Assembly (NCBI GenBank): GCA_020846365.1
Contig: JADLEA010000197.1
Location: 9,584-73,583, forward strand
Reading direction: 5' to 3'
Source: Bacteroidota bacterium
GTDB taxonomy: Bacteria > Bacteroidota > Ignavibacteria > UBA10030 > UBA6906
Length of the DNA: 64,000 nt
Positions within the stretch are counted from its first letter, which is position 1. The number at the start of each line of letters is the position of its first letter. The notes below the pieces were generated by a model. The model was not told where the DNA came from. It ran no database searches and saw nothing but the letters and a program-made list of their open reading frames with translations. The position numbers and the translations under genes were made by a program. Positions 39,199-49,884 of the stretch are shown piece by piece.

Positions 39199-40115
39199 AG
39201 CGCCAGGCATGCATTGTCGTAGGCAGTGCCAACATGGACCTTGTGGTGACCACGGACCGGTTTCCGTTCCCTGGGGAGACCATCATGGGACACACGTTCA
39301 CCGCCATTCCGGGGGGCAAAGGAGCGAACCAGGCGGTGTGTTGCGGCAAACTCGGTGGCAGGGTGGAATTCATGGGGAAGATGGGGAACGACCGGTTCTG
39401 CGACCAGCTCCGGAAGAGCATGAAGCACGATGGGGTAAAGCTCGGGCACGCGCTGACTGACCCCCGGCACTCCACAGGGATCGCCATGATTACCGTGGAC
39501 GCGTCAGGCCAGAATGAGATCGTGGTGATTCCCGGGAGCAACATGGCATTGACTCCGGGCGACATTGACGCGCACCGGTGCGTGTTCGAGCGCGGCGGGG
39601 TCCTCCTGCTCCAGCTTGAAATCCCACTGCGGACCGTCAGCCGGGCCGCGACGCTGGCGAAGCACGAAGGGCTCCGTGTCATCCTGAACCCGGCGCCGGC
39701 GCGGGTTCTTCCGGATTCGCTGTTGCGCTGCGTGGATATCCTCACCCCGAATGAAATTGAGGCGGAGATTCTGACGGGAGTGAAGGTGAACTCGCTTCGG
39801 GCCGCAGAAAAGGTCGCGCGCCTTCTTCTGGGACGCGGTGTTGGCAGCGTGGTGGTCACGCTGGGTGCGAAGGGAAGTCTTCATGTGCAGCACAAGGGCG
39901 CGCGCCTCTATCCGGCAAAACGGGTGCATGCCGTTGACACGACGGCCGCCGGCGACGCATTTAACGGCGCACTCGCCTTTGCGCTCTCGGCAGGTCGGGA
40001 GGTGGAAGAGGCGATACCGTTTGCCAATGACGTCGCCTCGCTCTCCGTCACGCGGTTCGGCGCCCAGTGCTCCATGCCTACGCTTGCGGAAGTCGAGCGT
40101 TTTCGCCGGAAATGA
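39195..40115 (+). CDS. rbsK: Ribokinase (PfkB family)
   Basis: The N-terminal VVGSANMDLV...GGKGANQA is typical. The C-terminal DTTAAGDAFNGALA carries the anion-hole/GAGD motif. The start overlaps the upstream stop (ATGA). Confidence 0.85.
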   Translation: MKRQACIVVGSANMDLVVTTDRFPFPGETIMGHTFTAIPGGKGANQAVCCGKLGGRVEFMGKMGNDRFCDQLRKSMKHDGVKLGHALTDPRHSTGIAMITVDASGQNEIVVIPGSNMALTPGDIDAHRCVFERGGVLLLQLEIPLRTVSRAATLAKHEGLRVILNPAPARVLPDSLLRCVDILTPNEIEAEILTGVKVNSLRAAEKVARLLLGRGVGSVVVTLGAKGSLHVQHKGARLYPAKRVHAVDTTAAGDAFNGALAFALSAGREVEEAIPFANDVASLSVTRFGAQCSMPTLAEVERFRRK

Positions 40116-40196
40116 CATACGGGAAAAGGGGCACGATGGTTGTGCCAGGAGGTGTCCGGGCCTCCGCAGTTTTCAACTTTGTGCAGAGAGGGGCAT

Positions 40197-40604
40197 ATGA
40201 AAAGAACTGGTATCTTGAACGCGGGGCTGTCACGACTGGTTGCGGCAATGGGACACACCGATCGGCTCGTCGTCTGCGACAGTGGCCTACCCATTCCACG
40301 ATCCGCTGAGACGATCGATATTGCGCTCACGCGGAACGTCCCGCGTTTTGTCGAAACGCTTTCGGTCATCCTCAGCGAGGCAGTCGTCGAAAGCGTCATC
40401 ATCGCGGACGAAATGAAAGCCGCCAATCACGGGTTGTTTGATGAGCTCTCCGTCATGCTGAAGGGTATCCCGATCCGCAGCGTGCCCCATGAGGAGTTCA
40501 AGCGCATAACAAGAGAAGGCGAAGGGAACACGGCATTTGTGCGCACCGGAGAATCGACCCCTTATGCCAATGTCATCCTGATTGCCGGAGTGGCATTTGA
40601 TTGA
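40197..40604 (+). CDS. rbsD: D-ribose pyranase / RbsD-FucU family sugar mutarotase
   Basis: The sequence LSRLVAAMGHTDRLVVCDSGLPIP is the RbsD/FucU signature. The protein is about 135 aa. Confidence 0.8.
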   Translation: MKRTGILNAGLSRLVAAMGHTDRLVVCDSGLPIPRSAETIDIALTRNVPRFVETLSVILSEAVVESVIIADEMKAANHGLFDELSVMLKGIPIRSVPHEEFKRITREGEGNTAFVRTGESTPYANVILIAGVAFD

Positions 40605-40699
40605 GCGGCCTGCCGGCGAGGGAGAAACGGGTTGTCCTCCGGTCCCCCTTCCAGAGGGCTTCGCAATTGCTCCTGACGACGAACCAAAGGAATAACGCA

Positions 40700-42145
40700 A
40701 TGACCAGAATGGTGCACACCCTTTCCATCCTCACCCTGCTGGCAGCCAGCATGATGGCCCAAACGCAACCCGGCAAGGGAATGTACGATCAGCTCTTCCG
40801 CCCGCATGATGCTCCTTTGTACAGGGTCCCGATCGGCCTGTGCGAGGATTATCCCGAAGAGACCACCACGATGGCGATAGTCAGGGCCGACATGGAGCTT
40901 CTGAAGAGATCCGGTATCTCTTTGTTGCGCATTTCGTTCGGCTGGGACGGCATCGAGACCGCGCCGGGAGTCTACAACTGGCTCTTCTGGGACGACTATG
41001 TAAAAACCGCTGTGGAGGAGTACGGGATCACCCTGATTCCGTATGTGTGTTACACACCGGCATGGAACTCCACTGGTGACACCTCAAATTTCTGGAACCA
41101 CACCCCCAGGGATTATGAGGCCTTCGGGCGGTTCATGGAGGCGATCGTCACGCGGTACAAGCCATGGATCAAAACATGGGAGTTGTGGAACGAACCAGAC
41201 ATCGACGCGTACTGGTCGGGCACCGCCGGCCATCTGGCACGGCTCACGAAAATCGGTTCTGTCGCCGTGCGCAAAGCAGATCCGACGGCCAAAGTCGTTC
41301 TGGCCGGACTGGCACACCGGACGGAATTCCTGCGAGAGCTCTTTCGCGACCACGGCATCAGTCCCTACGTCGATGTGGTGAACTGCCACTCCTATTTCGA
41401 GACCTGGAGCGGAGACCCCCTGGAAAGAATCCCCGAGTACGTGAATACCATCGCCGGAATCATTGCACAGTACGGCAACCACCAATCGCTCTGGATGGCT
41501 GAGGTCGGGTACAGCACTTTCCGCAGGCCTGACGGTTTTATCTCGGATTCGTATCATGCCACATACGACTACGAACACACGCCCGGGTATCAGGCGGTCG
41601 CCCTCTGGCGAACCGTGTCCCTCCTCCTCGCCACAGAGAAGATTGCCGCCATTGCCTGGTACGAGATCAAAGACCTTCCGCCGGCTGAAAACGTCATCGG
41701 CGACGTCAACAACCGCAATCTGGGAGTCGCAGGCATCAACCACACGGCCAAGCCGGCGGAGAAGGCCCTGACAGCCGTCGACCGGTTCTTCCGGCCTGAG
41801 TACCGATCGCTGGACAAGGAAACGCTTGTGCGGAAGTCCGCGGCTTCCGAAAGCGTTGTTCATGCGTTTTCCTTCAGCGATGGGAGCGTTGCTCTTGTTG
41901 CCTGGTTGAAAACACACATCAAGGGTAAAATGGTGCAGGGAGTCCGGGGGAATCTCAAGGACCTGCGCGAGGAAAAGCTGACGATCGCTTTGCCCTGCCC
42001 CGCTCCGGCTTCCATTACGCGGTACAACGAGCTCGGGCAGAGCATCGGAGCCGTCGAGGGAACGTTCGACCGGGGAACTCTGACGCTCCCGGAGGTCGTC
42101 CTGAAAGGCGGCGAAATCACGATCATACGCACGTCTCCGAAATGA
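40700..42145 (+). CDS. Secreted clan GH-A glycoside hydrolase (GH5/GH39-like)
   Basis: A signal peptide is present (MTRMVHTLSILTLLAASMMAQTQ). WELWNEPD is the NEP acid/base motif, and ISFGWDGIE...YNW is the (beta/alpha)8 N-terminal pattern. The ORF-finder start at 40601 is TTG and overlaps rbsD. Confidence 0.65.
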   Translation: MTRMVHTLSILTLLAASMMAQTQPGKGMYDQLFRPHDAPLYRVPIGLCEDYPEETTTMAIVRADMELLKRSGISLLRISFGWDGIETAPGVYNWLFWDDYVKTAVEEYGITLIPYVCYTPAWNSTGDTSNFWNHTPRDYEAFGRFMEAIVTRYKPWIKTWELWNEPDIDAYWSGTAGHLARLTKIGSVAVRKADPTAKVVLAGLAHRTEFLRELFRDHGISPYVDVVNCHSYFETWSGDPLERIPEYVNTIAGIIAQYGNHQSLWMAEVGYSTFRRPDGFISDSYHATYDYEHTPGYQAVALWRTVSLLLATEKIAAIAWYEIKDLPPAENVIGDVNNRNLGVAGINHTAKPAEKALTAVDRFFRPEYRSLDKETLVRKSAASESVVHAFSFSDGSVALVAWLKTHIKGKMVQGVRGNLKDLREEKLTIALPCPAPASITRYNELGQSIGAVEGTFDRGTLTLPEVVLKGGEITIIRTSPK

Positions 42146-42627
42146 CAATTCCTATGACTCTTCGACCGATACGCGCAACACCGGATTCCGTCTCCCGCTT
42201 CGGAATGCTGGCGGGGGCCCCGGCAGGTGCGCCGACATCGGAGGGGCCGGACTACCGATTCTGGTCCGACATGGCTCACTACGCCATTGAGGGTGAAACG
42301 GAAATTGGCGTGTGCACCGTCTTCCGGCAGCCGGGAAATTCCGTCGGGACGGTAGAACGACATCGTGCGACACCGGAAATCCTCATTCCCATCGACGCCC
42401 CGTTCCTGGTCCCGCTCCTGCTCGAAGGCGAACACCCATCTGCCATGCAGGTCTTCCAGGTGAACCTCGGCGAGGCGATCGTCATCAATCCCGGCGTCTG
42501 GCACGGGGCATGCCTCCCCGCGGAGGGAGACACATCATCGTACTTCGTCATCTTCCGCCGGGGCACGCCACGGATGGATGTGGAGAAGACACAGTTTGAT
42601 CCGGTCGGGATCGCGATTGACCGGTAG
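42142..42627 (+). CDS. Cupin-fold protein of the ureidoglycolate-lyase (AllA-like) family
   Basis: VERHRATPEIL ... AIVINPGVWHGA matches the ERH...G.WH pattern of PF04115-type proteins. The start overlaps the upstream stop (ATGA). Confidence 0.45.
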   Translation: MTIPMTLRPIRATPDSVSRFGMLAGAPAGAPTSEGPDYRFWSDMAHYAIEGETEIGVCTVFRQPGNSVGTVERHRATPEILIPIDAPFLVPLLLEGEHPSAMQVFQVNLGEAIVINPGVWHGACLPAEGDTSSYFVIFRRGTPRMDVEKTQFDPVGIAIDR

Positions 42628-42637
42628 CCAACGATCC

Positions 42638-44302
42638 ATGAAGACGCGCCAACTCCGAACCGAACGCATTGCCGTCACGTACGGTAACAACCCGTTGTCG
42701 ATCGGAGAGATCCGCCTCCGGGAAACCGGCCAGAGTATCGCCAGGAACGCGAGGCAGTCGTTTCTGATCCGTACTCCCGAACGGATTTCCGATCCGACGT
42801 TTCTCACCGAAGTGGTGGCCTTCGAAATTGCGGATGGCTCGATGCGCGCGCGCCTGGAAGACCCGACCGGAGCGTATAGCATTGAACTGGTTTGCGCTCC
42901 CGGGGTGTGCGGCATGGTGTTCACGATGACGGCCAGGGCCCCGGTTCCGATATGGATGGTGGAGTGGAAACTCACGGGTCTGGACTTCGAAGAAGTCATC
43001 CTTCCGGCCCTGGGCGGACAGGCGCTTAAACGGACCATGCCTCCGGAGACGACGCTCAGTTACAAATACCCCTTCTGGTGGAACGCCCAATTCCTGATCG
43101 GTGTGGGAAGCGGAGGCGGGGTGTTGATCTCCACGCGGGATGCAGAGCCGAAGTTCAAGCTCGTGCGCGTACGCAGGGAACAGGACCGCTTCGGCCTGTC
43201 GCTCGGGTTCGAAGCGGACGGTCCTCTTGGCGCGAAGGATCTGACAGCGGAATGGTCTCTGGACGGATATGCGGGTTCATGGAAGGCGGCGGCTGAGCGG
43301 CACAGGGAGTGGATGGAGAAGGCATTTGCACTGACACCGCTTCCATCCCATCCGTCGAATCCTCCGTGGGCTGGAGAGATCAACTTCGTCCTGGAGCTAT
43401 GGGGGATGGCGAAGGATAGGCCCACGCCGCTCCATACGTTCAAGCAGATGGAGGGCCGGATCAAGGCATTCTCGCGGATGCACGACCCGCATGCGACACT
43501 GCTCTATCTTCCTGGCTACGCGGAGCACGGGATAGACTCCCGGGCTCCATCGTACGCCCCCAGCCCCCACCTCGGCGGCGAGAGCGGTTTCGCTTCCCTG
43601 GTAGCTCTTGCTCATGGGCTGGGCTACCGCGTTATGATCCACACGAATGTTCTCTGCATGACGTTTGATCATCCGCTCTTTTCGCAGTTCAGAGAACATC
43701 AGGTGGTGGACGTCTTCGGGAGAGCGCAGGGATGGGGACTGGATATTGACGGAGACTGGTTGCCGGAGCCGTACTTCGCGTACATCAATCCGGGCGTCAA
43801 GGCATGGGGAGATGTTATCGAAGGGGTGCTCGCCGATCTCATCAGGAAGTTTGGCATCGACGGCGTATTTCTTGATCAGACGCTCCTGGCATTTAATCTG
43901 CAGCGGGGACCCAATTTCCAAACGGGCATGCGGGAACACATTCTTCGTCTCCAGCGGGCATTTCCCGGGATTCTCTTTGCAGGTGAGGGATTCCACGAAC
44001 TTGTGGCGGCGGCTCTCCCCATGGCCCAGATCCATGGCATCGACAGCATTGCAGAAGTCCATGGGATGGAAGGGCGGGCAAAGTGGAGAGTCCCGCACCC
44101 GGTGTCCGCGCATGTGTTCGGAAGATACACGAGGTTCACCGCGCACCTTCTCACCCGGCATCCCTCGCATCCGCTCTTCGCCATGCAAGAAGGGGCATAC
44201 GCACGGCTGGGTGTGATACCTGCCTTGTGTCTCTATAATAACACCCAACCGCTTGACACGCCGGCCACCCGCCGGATGATCCGACGTGCTACAACTCTGT
44301 GA
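42638..44302 (+). CDS. Hypothetical protein (554 aa), probably a TIM-barrel glycosidase-like enzyme of unknown family
   Basis: The ORF is long and conserved-looking, with alternating beta/alpha character (VMIHTNVLCMTF, GVFLDQTLLAF). No signal peptide is present. No diagnostic motif was recognised. Confidence 0.5.
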   Translation: MKTRQLRTERIAVTYGNNPLSIGEIRLRETGQSIARNARQSFLIRTPERISDPTFLTEVVAFEIADGSMRARLEDPTGAYSIELVCAPGVCGMVFTMTARAPVPIWMVEWKLTGLDFEEVILPALGGQALKRTMPPETTLSYKYPFWWNAQFLIGVGSGGGVLISTRDAEPKFKLVRVRREQDRFGLSLGFEADGPLGAKDLTAEWSLDGYAGSWKAAAERHREWMEKAFALTPLPSHPSNPPWAGEINFVLELWGMAKDRPTPLHTFKQMEGRIKAFSRMHDPHATLLYLPGYAEHGIDSRAPSYAPSPHLGGESGFASLVALAHGLGYRVMIHTNVLCMTFDHPLFSQFREHQVVDVFGRAQGWGLDIDGDWLPEPYFAYINPGVKAWGDVIEGVLADLIRKFGIDGVFLDQTLLAFNLQRGPNFQTGMREHILRLQRAFPGILFAGEGFHELVAAALPMAQIHGIDSIAEVHGMEGRAKWRVPHPVSAHVFGRYTRFTAHLLTRHPSHPLFAMQEGAYARLGVIPALCLYNNTQPLDTPATRRMIRRATTL

Positions 44303-44310
44303 GGACAGGT

Positions 44311-45471
44311 ATGGAACGAATCGGGGCAGCCGTCATCGGGACAGGGTTCATCGGGCCGGCCCATCTTGAAGCGCTTCGCCGGATTCCCTGGGTCGACATC
44401 CGCGCCATTGCGTCCAATGAACCGGCGCGGGCACGAGAACTCGCCGATCGGTTGGCCGTGCCAACGGTGTACGACGACTGGCGCGACGTTCTCCGGGACG
44501 CATCCGTGCAGGTCATTCACAACTGCACGCCCAACAATCTCCACTTCGCCATCAACAAGACGGCGATTGCTGCCGGAAAGCATGTGCTCTCCGAGAAGCC
44601 GCTCACGCTGACGTCACGTGAATCGGCGGAGCTCATCGCGCTGGCGAAGCGCGCGGGTATCGTGCATGCGGTGAACTACAACTACCGGTTCTATCCGTTG
44701 ATACAGCACGCGCGCCAGATGGTTCTTGCCGGAGAAACCGGCGATATCAGACTGGTGCACGGGCACTATCTGCAGGACTGGCTCTTCTTTGATACCGACT
44801 ACAACTGGCGGCTGGACCCCGGGATCAGCGGCGCCTCGCGCGCCGTCGCGGACATCGGCTCGCACTGGTGCGATCTCGTGCAATTCATCACCGGCCTACG
44901 CATCACGGCGGTGTGCGCGAACCTCCGCACGGTGTACCCCAAACGCAAGAAGCCCCGCGAGACCAGGGTGACATTTTCCGGGAAAGCTGGCGGCAAGGAC
45001 AGTTCCGTTTCCGTGAGCGTCGAGACTGAAGACACCGGAACGATCATGTTTGAGTTGAGCAATGGCGCCGCCGGCTCCTGTGTTGTATCGCAGGTGAGTG
45101 CCGGCCGGAAAAACCGGGAGTGGTTCGAAATCGACGGCTCCAGGTGCGCGCTTTCCTGGGACCAGGAAGAGCCAAACCAGCTCTGGATCGGAAGAAGGGA
45201 CGGTCCCAACGAAGTGTTGATCAAAGATCCATCGTTGCTTCAGCCCGACGCACGGCGCTACGCGCACTATCCCGGCGGACACCCCGAAGGGTACCCCGAC
45301 GGGTTGAAAAACCTGTTCTTGGACTTCTACACCTATCTTGGAAATCTGGAAGCATCGCGCAAAGAGCCGCCGCCGTTTCCCACCTTCGAGGACGGGCACT
45401 GGGAAAACCTCGTCGTGGAAGCCGTGCTGCGCAGCAACAAGAAACGCGGATGGGTTCGCGTGCAACCCTGA
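44311..45471 (+). CDS. Gfo/Idh/MocA family NAD(P)-dependent oxidoreductase
   Basis: The N-terminal Rossmann region is IGAAVIGTGFIGPAHLEAL. The family-typical EKPL is present. A GAGGACAGG ribosome-binding site is present. Confidence 0.85.
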   Translation: MERIGAAVIGTGFIGPAHLEALRRIPWVDIRAIASNEPARARELADRLAVPTVYDDWRDVLRDASVQVIHNCTPNNLHFAINKTAIAAGKHVLSEKPLTLTSRESAELIALAKRAGIVHAVNYNYRFYPLIQHARQMVLAGETGDIRLVHGHYLQDWLFFDTDYNWRLDPGISGASRAVADIGSHWCDLVQFITGLRITAVCANLRTVYPKRKKPRETRVTFSGKAGGKDSSVSVSVETEDTGTIMFELSNGAAGSCVVSQVSAGRKNREWFEIDGSRCALSWDQEEPNQLWIGRRDGPNEVLIKDPSLLQPDARRYAHYPGGHPEGYPDGLKNLFLDFYTYLGNLEASRKEPPPFPTFEDGHWENLVVEAVLRSNKKRGWVRVQP

Positions 45472-45537
45472 GCGCGTACCGCGTGCTCCTGAAAGCTCGT
45501 ACATCTGATACTGACATTTCGCAGAAGGACTAAGGAC

Positions 45538-46464
45538 ATGAAACTCGGATTTCTCACGGCCTGTGTTCCTCAACTCGGCCTGGCGGACGTCGTGACGTGG
45601 GCATCAGAGCAGAAGTTTCAGGCGATAGAGCTTGCGGCATGGCCGGTCAAGTCCAACCGGGATTTTCAGGCCCGCCAGATCAATGCTGCCCGGTTTTCGC
45701 GCGACGACGCTGCAAGGGCGAAGGAATTGCTGCAACGTCACGGCATAGTCATCTCGGCGATGGCATACTATGACAACAACCTTGATCCGGATCTCAAGAA
45801 GCGCAAGTACTATTTGGAGCACGTGCGTGCCGTGGTCAGAGCCGCGGAGCTCCTCGGCGTCCCGCTCGTCGGCACCTTCGTCGGCGGGCGTCCCGACAAG
45901 TCTCCCGGAGAGAACATGAAGGAAATCGGAAAACTCTTCCGCGAACTGGCGTCATTCGCGGCAGACCACGGTGTCCGGCTCATGATTGAAAACTGTCCCA
46001 TGGACGGCTGGCAGCGATTCGGACTCCCGGGGAACTTCGCTTACAGCCCGGAGCTCTGGGATGCGCTGTTCAGTGAAGTTCCCGCCAAGAATTTCGGACT
46101 CAATTTCGACCCCTCCCATCTCACGTGGCTTGGTATAGACTATATCAGGGCGGCGAGGGAATATGCCTCGAAGATATTCCATATGCACGCAAAGGACACC
46201 GAGTTTTTGCCGGATGGACAATACCGGTACGGCGTGTTCGGGCGGCAGATTGAACCCATCCCATGGCAGTCAGGGATCTGGCGCTACAGGATTCCCGGCA
46301 TGGGCGTCATCGACTGGGGACGTCTGATTGCCACGGTGCAGGAGGGTGGATATGACGGCGTGCTCTCCATTGAGCATGAGGATCCGGTGTGGTCGGGGAG
46401 CGAGGAAAAAGTCAAGAACGGCCTCCTCCTCGGCCGCAAGCACCTGGCGCAATTCATTCTCTGA
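45538..46464 (+). CDS. Sugar phosphate isomerase/epimerase (xylose isomerase-like TIM-barrel)
   Basis: The MHAKD and IEHED motifs of the AP-endonuclease-2 / xylose-isomerase-like barrel are present. Confidence 0.8.
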   Translation: MKLGFLTACVPQLGLADVVTWASEQKFQAIELAAWPVKSNRDFQARQINAARFSRDDAARAKELLQRHGIVISAMAYYDNNLDPDLKKRKYYLEHVRAVVRAAELLGVPLVGTFVGGRPDKSPGENMKEIGKLFRELASFAADHGVRLMIENCPMDGWQRFGLPGNFAYSPELWDALFSEVPAKNFGLNFDPSHLTWLGIDYIRAAREYASKIFHMHAKDTEFLPDGQYRYGVFGRQIEPIPWQSGIWRYRIPGMGVIDWGRLIATVQEGGYDGVLSIEHEDPVWSGSEEKVKNGLLLGRKHLAQFIL

Positions 46465-46473
46465 GGCAGCGGC

Positions 46474-48612
46474 ATGCGCTCCCTTCTCGGCGGTGAATAC
46501 ATACCTTTCGGGACCCAATACTACCGGGCACCATCTCCGGCGCCGAGCGAGTGGGAACGCGACCTCGCCACGATTGCCCGGCTGGGTCTGAATACCGTGA
46601 AGTTCTGGATTCAATGGCGATGGAATACCCCCGGTGAGGACGAGTACGAATTCTCCGATATCGACCGGCTCATGGGTATCGCGGATCGCAACGGCCTCCG
46701 GGTGATGCTGAACACCATCGTGGACGTGGCCCCCGTCTGGATCTACCGGAAGTACCCGGATGCATCGATGGTGACGCTGGATGGCCGCAGGATCGGGCCG
46801 CAGGTGCAGCCGCACCGGCAGATCGGAGGGCTCGGACTCTGCTTTAACCATGAGCCGGCCGTAGGCCACATGATGGATTTCCTCCGCACGTCCTTTCGGC
46901 GCTACGCAGATCATCCTGCCCTTGCCATGTGGAATGTGGGGAGTGAGCCCGAGCTGACGAGCAGCATGGCTGAGCTGCGCCTCTACGCCGAAAACGCGGA
47001 ACGGATGGGAGACATGCTCTGCTATTGTCACCGGTGCGCAGCCGCATTCAAGGTCTGGCTTTCGAAGAAATATGCCACCGTCGACGCTCTGAACCGGTCC
47101 TGGAACCGCCGGTACAAGGATTTCGATGAAGTGGAACTCCCCCTGACCCGGAACAGCTTCAACGATATGATCGACTGGCGGATGTTCTTCGTCCACACGT
47201 TGGGGGAGAACGTCCGGCAACGCTTCGCTGCCGCTCAGGAAATCGACAAGGGGAAGCATCCCTTGCTCTGCCATCATGTGTTTGTTCAGGGTTTTCCTGT
47301 CACCTCTACCGCGAGTGATCCCTGGAATGTCGGCCGGTTCGGCGATCTTCATGGCATCACGCAGATGGACGATCCCATGATGTGCGACGTCGTGCGTTCC
47401 TGCGCACAGGGACGGCCCGTCATTTCCGCAGAAATGCTCATGCAGTACGGCTACACGCTGGATCTTCCCCATGCTGCCACATTCGACGATGTAAAACGCT
47501 TTGTCTTCACAGGAGTCGGAGCGAATCTAAAGGGGTTCATCTTCTGGCAATACCGTCCCGAAACTCTTGCGCGGGAAGCCCCGGCATGGGGATTGACCCA
47601 TCTGGACGGTTCCGAGACGCCGATGTTGAAGGGGTTTTGCGAGGTCAACAAGGTGTTGCAGCGAAATGCCGGGTTCCTCCTGGATGCATCACCGCGGCCG
47701 GCCGAAGTCGCGCTCCTCTACCATCCGGAGAACCAGATCTTCGGGTGGATCGCCACGGGAAACGAGAAATTCGTCACAGACTCTCTCATGGGGGCACACA
47801 GCGCCTGGTACACGGACAATTTCGGGGTGGATTTTCTCCATCCCGGCGAGATCTCCGCGGGCCTCCTGAAACGGTACAAGGTGATCGCCCTTCCCTTCCC
47901 CTACGTCCTTGGCGCGTCTCTCTGTGTGACGCTCTCCGACTGGGTGGCGGAGGGCGGGGTGTTGATCGCCGAGGCATACTGTGGCGGATGGGATATGGAG
48001 AATGGAAGGCATCACATCACGATACCGGGGTACGGACTGCACAGCGTGTTCAAGGTCCGGCAGCATACGGCTCTTCCGCCCGATCATCATGGCCGGGTGG
48101 AGATTGCTCTGACGTCGGATCTCCCGGGTCTCCCGCGCGGAACAACCCTGACCGGGTCACTCGTGCGCGAGAGCTACATTCTGGAAGGTGCGGAGGCCAT
48201 CGCCGCATATCCCGATGGAGCACCGGCGATCACCCACGCAGAACATGGAAAGGGGCATGCTTTCGCGATTGGTTCCTACATCGCACGCCCCGTCTTCCGC
48301 GACAAACACACCGCCAATGCAGCGCTGCTGGCCGCGCTTGCCGGCTGGAAGACCTCCATATCCCGGCCCCGGGTCACCGGCGATGGAAAGGTGCGAGTCG
48401 ACATATTGACCGATGCCCGGGGCGCCGCGATGATCATCATCAGAAATCTGGAGGTGGCTGCCGTTCGGGCACAGACTACTTTGCCGGGTCTGCGTCCGGG
48501 AAGAATGACCGAGCAGTTTTCCGGTGCCACCGTCGAAGCGACACACGCCGGCGGCGAGACCGTAATGCCGCTGAACCTGGCCCCGGGAGAGGTGCAGGTG
48601 TTCTGTGGCTGA
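46474..48612 (+). CDS. Beta-galactosidase, glycoside hydrolase family 42
   Basis: The N-terminal GTQYYRAPSPAPSEWERDL...GLNTVKFWIQWRWNTPGEDEYEF is the GH42 signature. The 712-aa length is typical for the family. Confidence 0.8.
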   Translation: MRSLLGGEYIPFGTQYYRAPSPAPSEWERDLATIARLGLNTVKFWIQWRWNTPGEDEYEFSDIDRLMGIADRNGLRVMLNTIVDVAPVWIYRKYPDASMVTLDGRRIGPQVQPHRQIGGLGLCFNHEPAVGHMMDFLRTSFRRYADHPALAMWNVGSEPELTSSMAELRLYAENAERMGDMLCYCHRCAAAFKVWLSKKYATVDALNRSWNRRYKDFDEVELPLTRNSFNDMIDWRMFFVHTLGENVRQRFAAAQEIDKGKHPLLCHHVFVQGFPVTSTASDPWNVGRFGDLHGITQMDDPMMCDVVRSCAQGRPVISAEMLMQYGYTLDLPHAATFDDVKRFVFTGVGANLKGFIFWQYRPETLAREAPAWGLTHLDGSETPMLKGFCEVNKVLQRNAGFLLDASPRPAEVALLYHPENQIFGWIATGNEKFVTDSLMGAHSAWYTDNFGVDFLHPGEISAGLLKRYKVIALPFPYVLGASLCVTLSDWVAEGGVLIAEAYCGGWDMENGRHHITIPGYGLHSVFKVRQHTALPPDHHGRVEIALTSDLPGLPRGTTLTGSLVRESYILEGAEAIAAYPDGAPAITHAEHGKGHAFAIGSYIARPVFRDKHTANAALLAALAGWKTSISRPRVTGDGKVRVDILTDARGAAMIIIRNLEVAAVRAQTTLPGLRPGRMTEQFSGATVEATHAGGETVMPLNLAPGEVQVFCG

Positions 48613-49867
48613 GTGGAAGCGGAGAGAAGGAACGGGTGAAGGCGATGTCAACCGGCGGAACTTCATCGCAAATATCCTGGATGGCGCGCTGTTTGCCTTT
48701 GCCATGAGTTTCGTGTCGGTCCACACGATCCTTCCGATCCTCGTGAAGAACATCGGCGGCGACAATATCGCCGTGGGGCTCGTTCCGGTGGTGTGGGTCG
48801 TCGGGTTCAATGTTCCCCAGGTGTTCGTGGCAGAGCTGACGCAGCGTCAGGCCTTCAAGAAACGCCTTGTGCTGCAGACTGCCATGTGGCAGCGTCTACC
48901 CTGGCTGCTGCTTGCCGGGATCGCGCTCTGGGCGCTGAATTACCTGAGCGCGGGCGTGTCTCTGACGTTGTTCTTCGTCGTTTTCGCTCTGGCAGCCGTT
49001 GGAGGGAGCGTGAATCTTCCGGGTTGGTTTGATCTTGTCGCCAAGCTCACGCCGGTGACGAGGCGGGGGAGGCTCTTCGGGATACGAATGCTGCTGGGCT
49101 CGGTTCTGGGCGTTGTGGGGGGAGGCCTCTCTGCTTTCATCCTCTCTTCGATCGCTTACCCGGAGAACTACGCGGTTCTCTTTCTCGCTGCATTCGCTGC
49201 AATGTTGGCCTCCTACGTTTGCCTCCTCAGCTTGCGTGAGGAGACGCCAAGCAAGCCGTCAGACCGGCAGACTCTTTCGTTCGCAGCGGTGTCCGAAGTT
49301 CTCAGGACTCAAAAGACCTTCCGGACATTTCTCATCGGTGACAGCCTGTTGATCATCTCGACGATGGGAGCGGCGTTTTATGCCGTCGTCGCGTTTCAGC
49401 GGTTTACGCTCTCGGATGCTTATGCGGGGACGTTCACGATGGTGATGATGGCTGCGACGATCGCGGCGAGCGTGGTTCTCGGCATCGCGGCAGACAGGTT
49501 CGGTCACAAGGTCAATCTGCTGGTGTCCTCCGCAGCGGTGCTCATCGGTAGCATAGGAGCGCTCATCTTTGCGACCGTGGAGCTCTATATGTTCGTATTT
49601 GTTTGTGCGGCGATCGCCGTTACGACCTCACAGATCTCCCGCCTGCCATTCCTGGCCGAGATTGCACCGGAGGCCGAGCGGCCCAAGCTCATCGCCATTG
49701 CGAACCTGGTGACGGCCCCGTGGGCGCTCTCATGGATCGGGGCCGGCTGGCTGGCGGATGTTGCAGGATACACGCCGGTCTACGTCCTGGCCGCCCTCTT
49801 TGCCGCCTCGGCATTTGCCTGGATTCACCAGATGGTACACGAGCCGCGCAGGCGTCTCGCGGCATGA
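48605..49867 (+). CDS. MFS transporter
   Basis: The ~12 hydrophobic segments suggest an MFS fold. The only in-frame start near the 5' end is GTG 48605, which overlaps the upstream stop, so the start is uncertain. Confidence 0.65.
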   Translation: MAEWKRREGTGEGDVNRRNFIANILDGALFAFAMSFVSVHTILPILVKNIGGDNIAVGLVPVVWVVGFNVPQVFVAELTQRQAFKKRLVLQTAMWQRLPWLLLAGIALWALNYLSAGVSLTLFFVVFALAAVGGSVNLPGWFDLVAKLTPVTRRGRLFGIRMLLGSVLGVVGGGLSAFILSSIAYPENYAVLFLAAFAAMLASYVCLLSLREETPSKPSDRQTLSFAAVSEVLRTQKTFRTFLIGDSLLIISTMGAAFYAVVAFQRFTLSDAYAGTFTMVMMAATIAASVVLGIAADRFGHKVNLLVSSAAVLIGSIGALIFATVELYMFVFVCAAIAVTTSQISRLPFLAEIAPEAERPKLIAIANLVTAPWALSWIGAGWLADVAGYTPVYVLAALFAASAFAWIHQMVHEPRRRLAA

Positions 49868-49884
49868 CCCGAAAGGACTCTCTT

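Noticed and set aside
49603-49884. Upstream extensions of ORF-finder frames with no stop: 49603-49884 for the PIG-L gene, 53434-53652 for GH10 paralog 1, 56795-56956 for paralog 3, 59693-59764 for the amylase, 4368-4436 for the membrane protein and 25325-25465 for the lipoprotein.
   Set aside because: The extensions overlap the preceding gene. The signal peptides, Tat motifs and ribosome-binding sites mark the internal ATG as the true start.
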